Part shown: positions 61,180 through 64,000 of the stretch, piece after piece
How the letters are laid out: every line of letters begins with the position of its first letter
Position numbering within the stretch: the first letter of the stretch is position 1
DNA from: Geopsychrobacteraceae bacterium
GTDB lineage: Bacteria > Desulfobacterota > Desulfuromonadia > Desulfuromonadales > Geopsychrobacteraceae
Assembly (NCBI GenBank): GCA_963676795.2
Contig: CAXXTB010000002.1
Span: forward strand, 1,120,001-1,184,000
Direction: 5' to 3'
DNA length: 64,000 bases
The notes under the pieces: generated by a model
The model's input: the letters and a program-made list of their open reading frames with translations, nothing else
Databases searched by the model: none
What the model was told of the DNA's origin: nothing
Made by a program: the position numbers and the translations under genes

Positions 61180-62235
61180 TTGAGGGTACTCTTGTCTGAA
61201 ATAGCAAAATACAGAGTCGCGCAGGTTCTCGCGGGTGCAGAGTTCGGTGGTGCGGAGAATTTCTTCGTTCGTCTGGTCTCAGGACTACATGCTTCCGGAA
61301 GGGGGGAGCAGGCAGCCTTTATTCGCAGACATCAGCATCGTATCGATGCCTTACGTTCTGTTGGTGTAGATGTCAGAGGTTTTCGTTTTGGACGCCGGCT
61401 TAATTTCCTCGATCGACATCGTTATCTCAAGGCGTTGAGGGAATTATCACCTGAGATCGTCATGACGTGGATGAATCGTGCCAGCGGTCTTACGCCCAAA
61501 GGGCCTTATACTCTGGTCAGTCGCCTGGGCCATTATTACAATCTGAAATATTATCGGCACGCAGATTACTGGATCGGTATATCGAAAGGCATTTGCGAAC
61601 ATCTGGTCAGCGGCGGAATGCCTGCTGCCAAAGTTTTTCATATCCCCAATTTCGCCGATGAAACCCCTGTGAGCCCTTTGCCCCGCGACAGCTTTGAGAC
61701 CCCGGCTGGTCCGTTGCTGTTGGCAGCAGGTCGATTGCATGTCAACAAGGGATTTGATGTGCTGCTTAAAGCCTTGGTTCAGATTCCCGATGCGACCCTG
61801 TGGCTGGCAGGTTCAGGTCCGGAAGAGTCTTCTCTTAAGGCTCTTTGTGCTGATCTGAACCTTAATCATCGCGTCCGCTTCCTGGGTTGGCGTAGCGATG
61901 TGACCAGTCTGATGAAGACCGCTGATATGTTTATCTGTCCTTCCCGTCATGAGGGGCTTGGGTCTATCGTTATGGAATCCTGGGCGCATGGTTGTCCAAT
62001 TGTTGCGACCGCTTCCCAGGGGCCCGGAGAGTTGGTCGATGACGGTATGACCGGAATTTTGACCCCGGTCGATGATGTTTCCGCTCTTTCTGAAGGTATA
62101 CTGGCAGTTATGCACAATCCGCAACTGGCCTCTTCTTTAGCCGAAGGTGGTGCGCAGGAATATCAGTCTAAATACAGTCGTCAGGTTGTTGTACGTCAGT
62201 ATGAAGAACTGTATGCGGCTCTCCTGAAGCGTTAA
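61180..62235 (+). CDS. GT4 glycosyltransferase (start uncertain)
   Basis: GGAENFF, GRLHVNKGFD, PSRHEGLGSIVMESW. Confidence 0.88.
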   Translation: MRVLLSEIAKYRVAQVLAGAEFGGAENFFVRLVSGLHASGRGEQAAFIRRHQHRIDALRSVGVDVRGFRFGRRLNFLDRHRYLKALRELSPEIVMTWMNRASGLTPKGPYTLVSRLGHYYNLKYYRHADYWIGISKGICEHLVSGGMPAAKVFHIPNFADETPVSPLPRDSFETPAGPLLLAAGRLHVNKGFDVLLKALVQIPDATLWLAGSGPEESSLKALCADLNLNHRVRFLGWRSDVTSLMKTADMFICPSRHEGLGSIVMESWAHGCPIVATASQGPGELVDDGMTGILTPVDDVSALSEGILAVMHNPQLASSLAEGGAQEYQSKYSRQVVVRQYEELYAALLKR

Positions 62236-62252
62236 TTTGCTGAGAAAAGGTC

Positions 62253-63125
62253 TTGTCGATGCAGTCAATGAGAGTTAAGAAGCTTGCCCGTTTTTTTCTT
62301 CGTAAGTATGCGATCATCGGAGCTGCCCTTCACTTTTCACCAGAAAGTCGTGAAGCGTTCAGGGAGCGGTATGATGACAAGATCATCGGTCTGTTCCGTC
62401 CGGAGATTGAAAGCTTTGTCGAACGCTATCCTGAAGTTCTTTCAGAGGAAGAGACCCTACGTCTTTTAGTTGATGAGAAGAAGAGCATTTGTCGCTTCGG
62501 GGACGGGGAGTTCAAGCTGATTGTCGGCGAACGGCACAAGTCTTTTCAGGATGTTGATCGTCGTCTCAACGAGCGGATGATTGAAGTATTGAACACCGAT
62601 CATCCCGATATTCTGATCGGCATCCACCCGGTTCGCAGTTATGATCTTCTGACCCGGATCTGGCGTAAGTTTATTATCCGTATCGGTGAAGATGTCCTCA
62701 AGCTCCTCAATCCAGAGAGGATCTATCATTCAATGGGGGTTTTTCGTGAACTTCCGGCAACAGATGAAGCTGCTTTTAATCATAGAATTGAGGCCATCAA
62801 AAAACTCTGGCAAGGACGGAAAATTCTTTTTGTTGTCGGAAAAAACAGCCGTTTTGAGTTTGTTGACGAGCTTTTTGATAATGTCGCTTCTGTCGATTAT
62901 GTTTACGCCCCCGCAAAAAATGCCTTCAGCGAATATGAGCGAATCTTGGATGATGTCAGGCGGTATCCGAAGGATGACTACCTGCTGTTGATCGTTCTGG
63001 GACCAACCGCTACAGTTATGGCCTATGACCTTGCTTTGGAGGGCTTTCAGGCTATCGATTTTGGCCAGATGCCGGGAATCTACACCAGGCAAAAGGCTAA
63101 ATTTTCTAAAAAGCTAGATCAATAG
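62253..63125 (+). CDS. GT-D fold (DUF1792) glycosyltransferase
   Basis: SICRFGDGE, PAKNAF, LGPTATVMAYDL, QAIDFGQ. Confidence 0.8.
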   Translation: MSMQSMRVKKLARFFLRKYAIIGAALHFSPESREAFRERYDDKIIGLFRPEIESFVERYPEVLSEEETLRLLVDEKKSICRFGDGEFKLIVGERHKSFQDVDRRLNERMIEVLNTDHPDILIGIHPVRSYDLLTRIWRKFIIRIGEDVLKLLNPERIYHSMGVFRELPATDEAAFNHRIEAIKKLWQGRKILFVVGKNSRFEFVDELFDNVASVDYVYAPAKNAFSEYERILDDVRRYPKDDYLLLIVLGPTATVMAYDLALEGFQAIDFGQMPGIYTRQKAKFSKKLDQ

Positions 63126-63137
63126 GTTTGCTTTGTT

Positions 63138-64000
63138 ATGTCTTCTGGCTTCTCTCAACCAATGGTTTCGATTGCCCTCTGCACCTACAACGGAGAGCGC
63201 TTTTTACAACAGCAGCTTGACTCGCTTGCTGACCAGGACTATGAAAATGTTGAAATCATTATAGTAGACGACTGCTCAACGGATAGAACTTATGAACTCC
63301 TGCAGGGGTTTGAGTCTTCTCTGGCCCATGTCAAGCTTTGGCGTAACCCCTCAAACCTGGGATTTGTCGCTAATTTTGAAAAAGCGATTTCACTCTGCTC
63401 AGGAGATTACATTGCGCTTTGCGATCAGGACGATATCTGGTTGCCTGAAAAAATCTCAGCGCTGGTTAGTGAAATTGGAGATGCTGGGCTCATTTATTCG
63501 TCGGTTCAGCTCATGGATCAGCAAGGATCCCTGTTGGCAGATATCTTCCCCCGCCGTAACAAGCTTTCCGGGCGATGTTATATGGAAATGCTTTTTTCGA
63601 ACCATGTTACAGGTCACGCCTGTATGCTCAATCGGTCTGTCCTGAAAAGAGCACTCCCTTTCCCGAAAGCAGTCAAGGTTCATGACCACTGGTTGGCTGT
63701 TGTTGCTGCAGCGAAGGAGGGTATCTCTTTTCATGACGGGGTTTTGTCCTATTATCGAAAACATGATGATAATGCGTTGCTCAGTAACAAGAGGCGACGC
63801 AAGGGTAGGTGGGCAAAAGCGTTGAGCAAGGTTCAGAGTAGAAAAGAATTTTTAACTGCTGTTATGCAGGTTGAGGGTATAAGTTCGGATGACAGGGCTT
63901 TGATCCAGCAGATAATAGAGGTGCTGACGCCGTCGTTATTTCTGACAAATAAGAAGCTTGAGAGGATTCTGCTGCAATCGGGCGACCGTTTGCTTGCCGC
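63138..64000 (+). CDS. GT2 glycosyltransferase (3' truncated by window edge)
   Basis: Hand translation VSIALCTYNGERFLQQQLDSL, VDDCSTD, LCDQDDIW, HDHW; no stop before the window end. Confidence 0.88.
   Translation, partial: MSSGFSQPMVSIALCTYNGERFLQQQLDSLADQDYENVEIIIVDDCSTDRTYELLQGFESSLAHVKLWRNPSNLGFVANFEKAISLCSGDYIALCDQDDIWLPEKISALVSEIGDAGLIYSSVQLMDQQGSLLADIFPRRNKLSGRCYMEMLFSNHVTGHACMLNRSVLKRALPFPKAVKVHDHWLAVVAAAKEGISFHDGVLSYYRKHDDNALLSNKRRRKGRWAKALSKVQSRKEFLTAVMQVEGISSDDRALIQQIIEVLTPSLFLTNKKLERILLQSGDRLLA

Noticed and set aside
63292..63645. 117-aa plus-strand ORF near the window end
   Set aside because: Out-of-frame overlap with the GT2 gene starting at 63138, which the track omits because it has no stop inside the window.

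Overview
Core-chromosome segment of a Gram-negative bacterium. Gene content and order suggest Desulfuromonadia (Desulfuromonas/Geobacter relatives); this is an inference. In order: leuC(partial)-leuD-leuB, an orphan EcfT-like gene, truA-rplM-rpsI-argC, a membrane pseudokinase-TPR-NTF2 gene coupled to a Csd6/Pgp2-like L,D-transpeptidase-family gene, queA-tgt-yajC-secD-secF, recJ-murB, an aminotransferase divergent from pheA-tyrA-aroA-cmk-rpsA-sppA-ihfB, a probable 6S RNA, rluA-family/lgt/HAD, a minus-strand partner-switching operon driven by an SLC5(SSS)-STAC-GAF-PP2C transporter-phosphatase, TPR and LolB-like lipoproteins, an Opp-type ABC cluster interrupted by a stand-alone MshEN protein, mutM, lysS-lolE-lolD-bamA-skp-lpxD-fabZ-lpxA, and an AT-richer lpxB-msbA-waaA-lpxK block followed by LPS-core glycosyltransferases. 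No CRISPR array, tRNA, rRNA or transposase was seen. The best candidates for undescribed systems are (1) the transporter-fused phosphatase/anti-anti-sigma/anti-sigma module, (2) the pseudokinase plus L,D-peptidase pair sharing an NTF2-like domain and (3) the MshEN protein inside the ATPase-less Opp operon. All calls are from motif recognition by eye, with no database searches.
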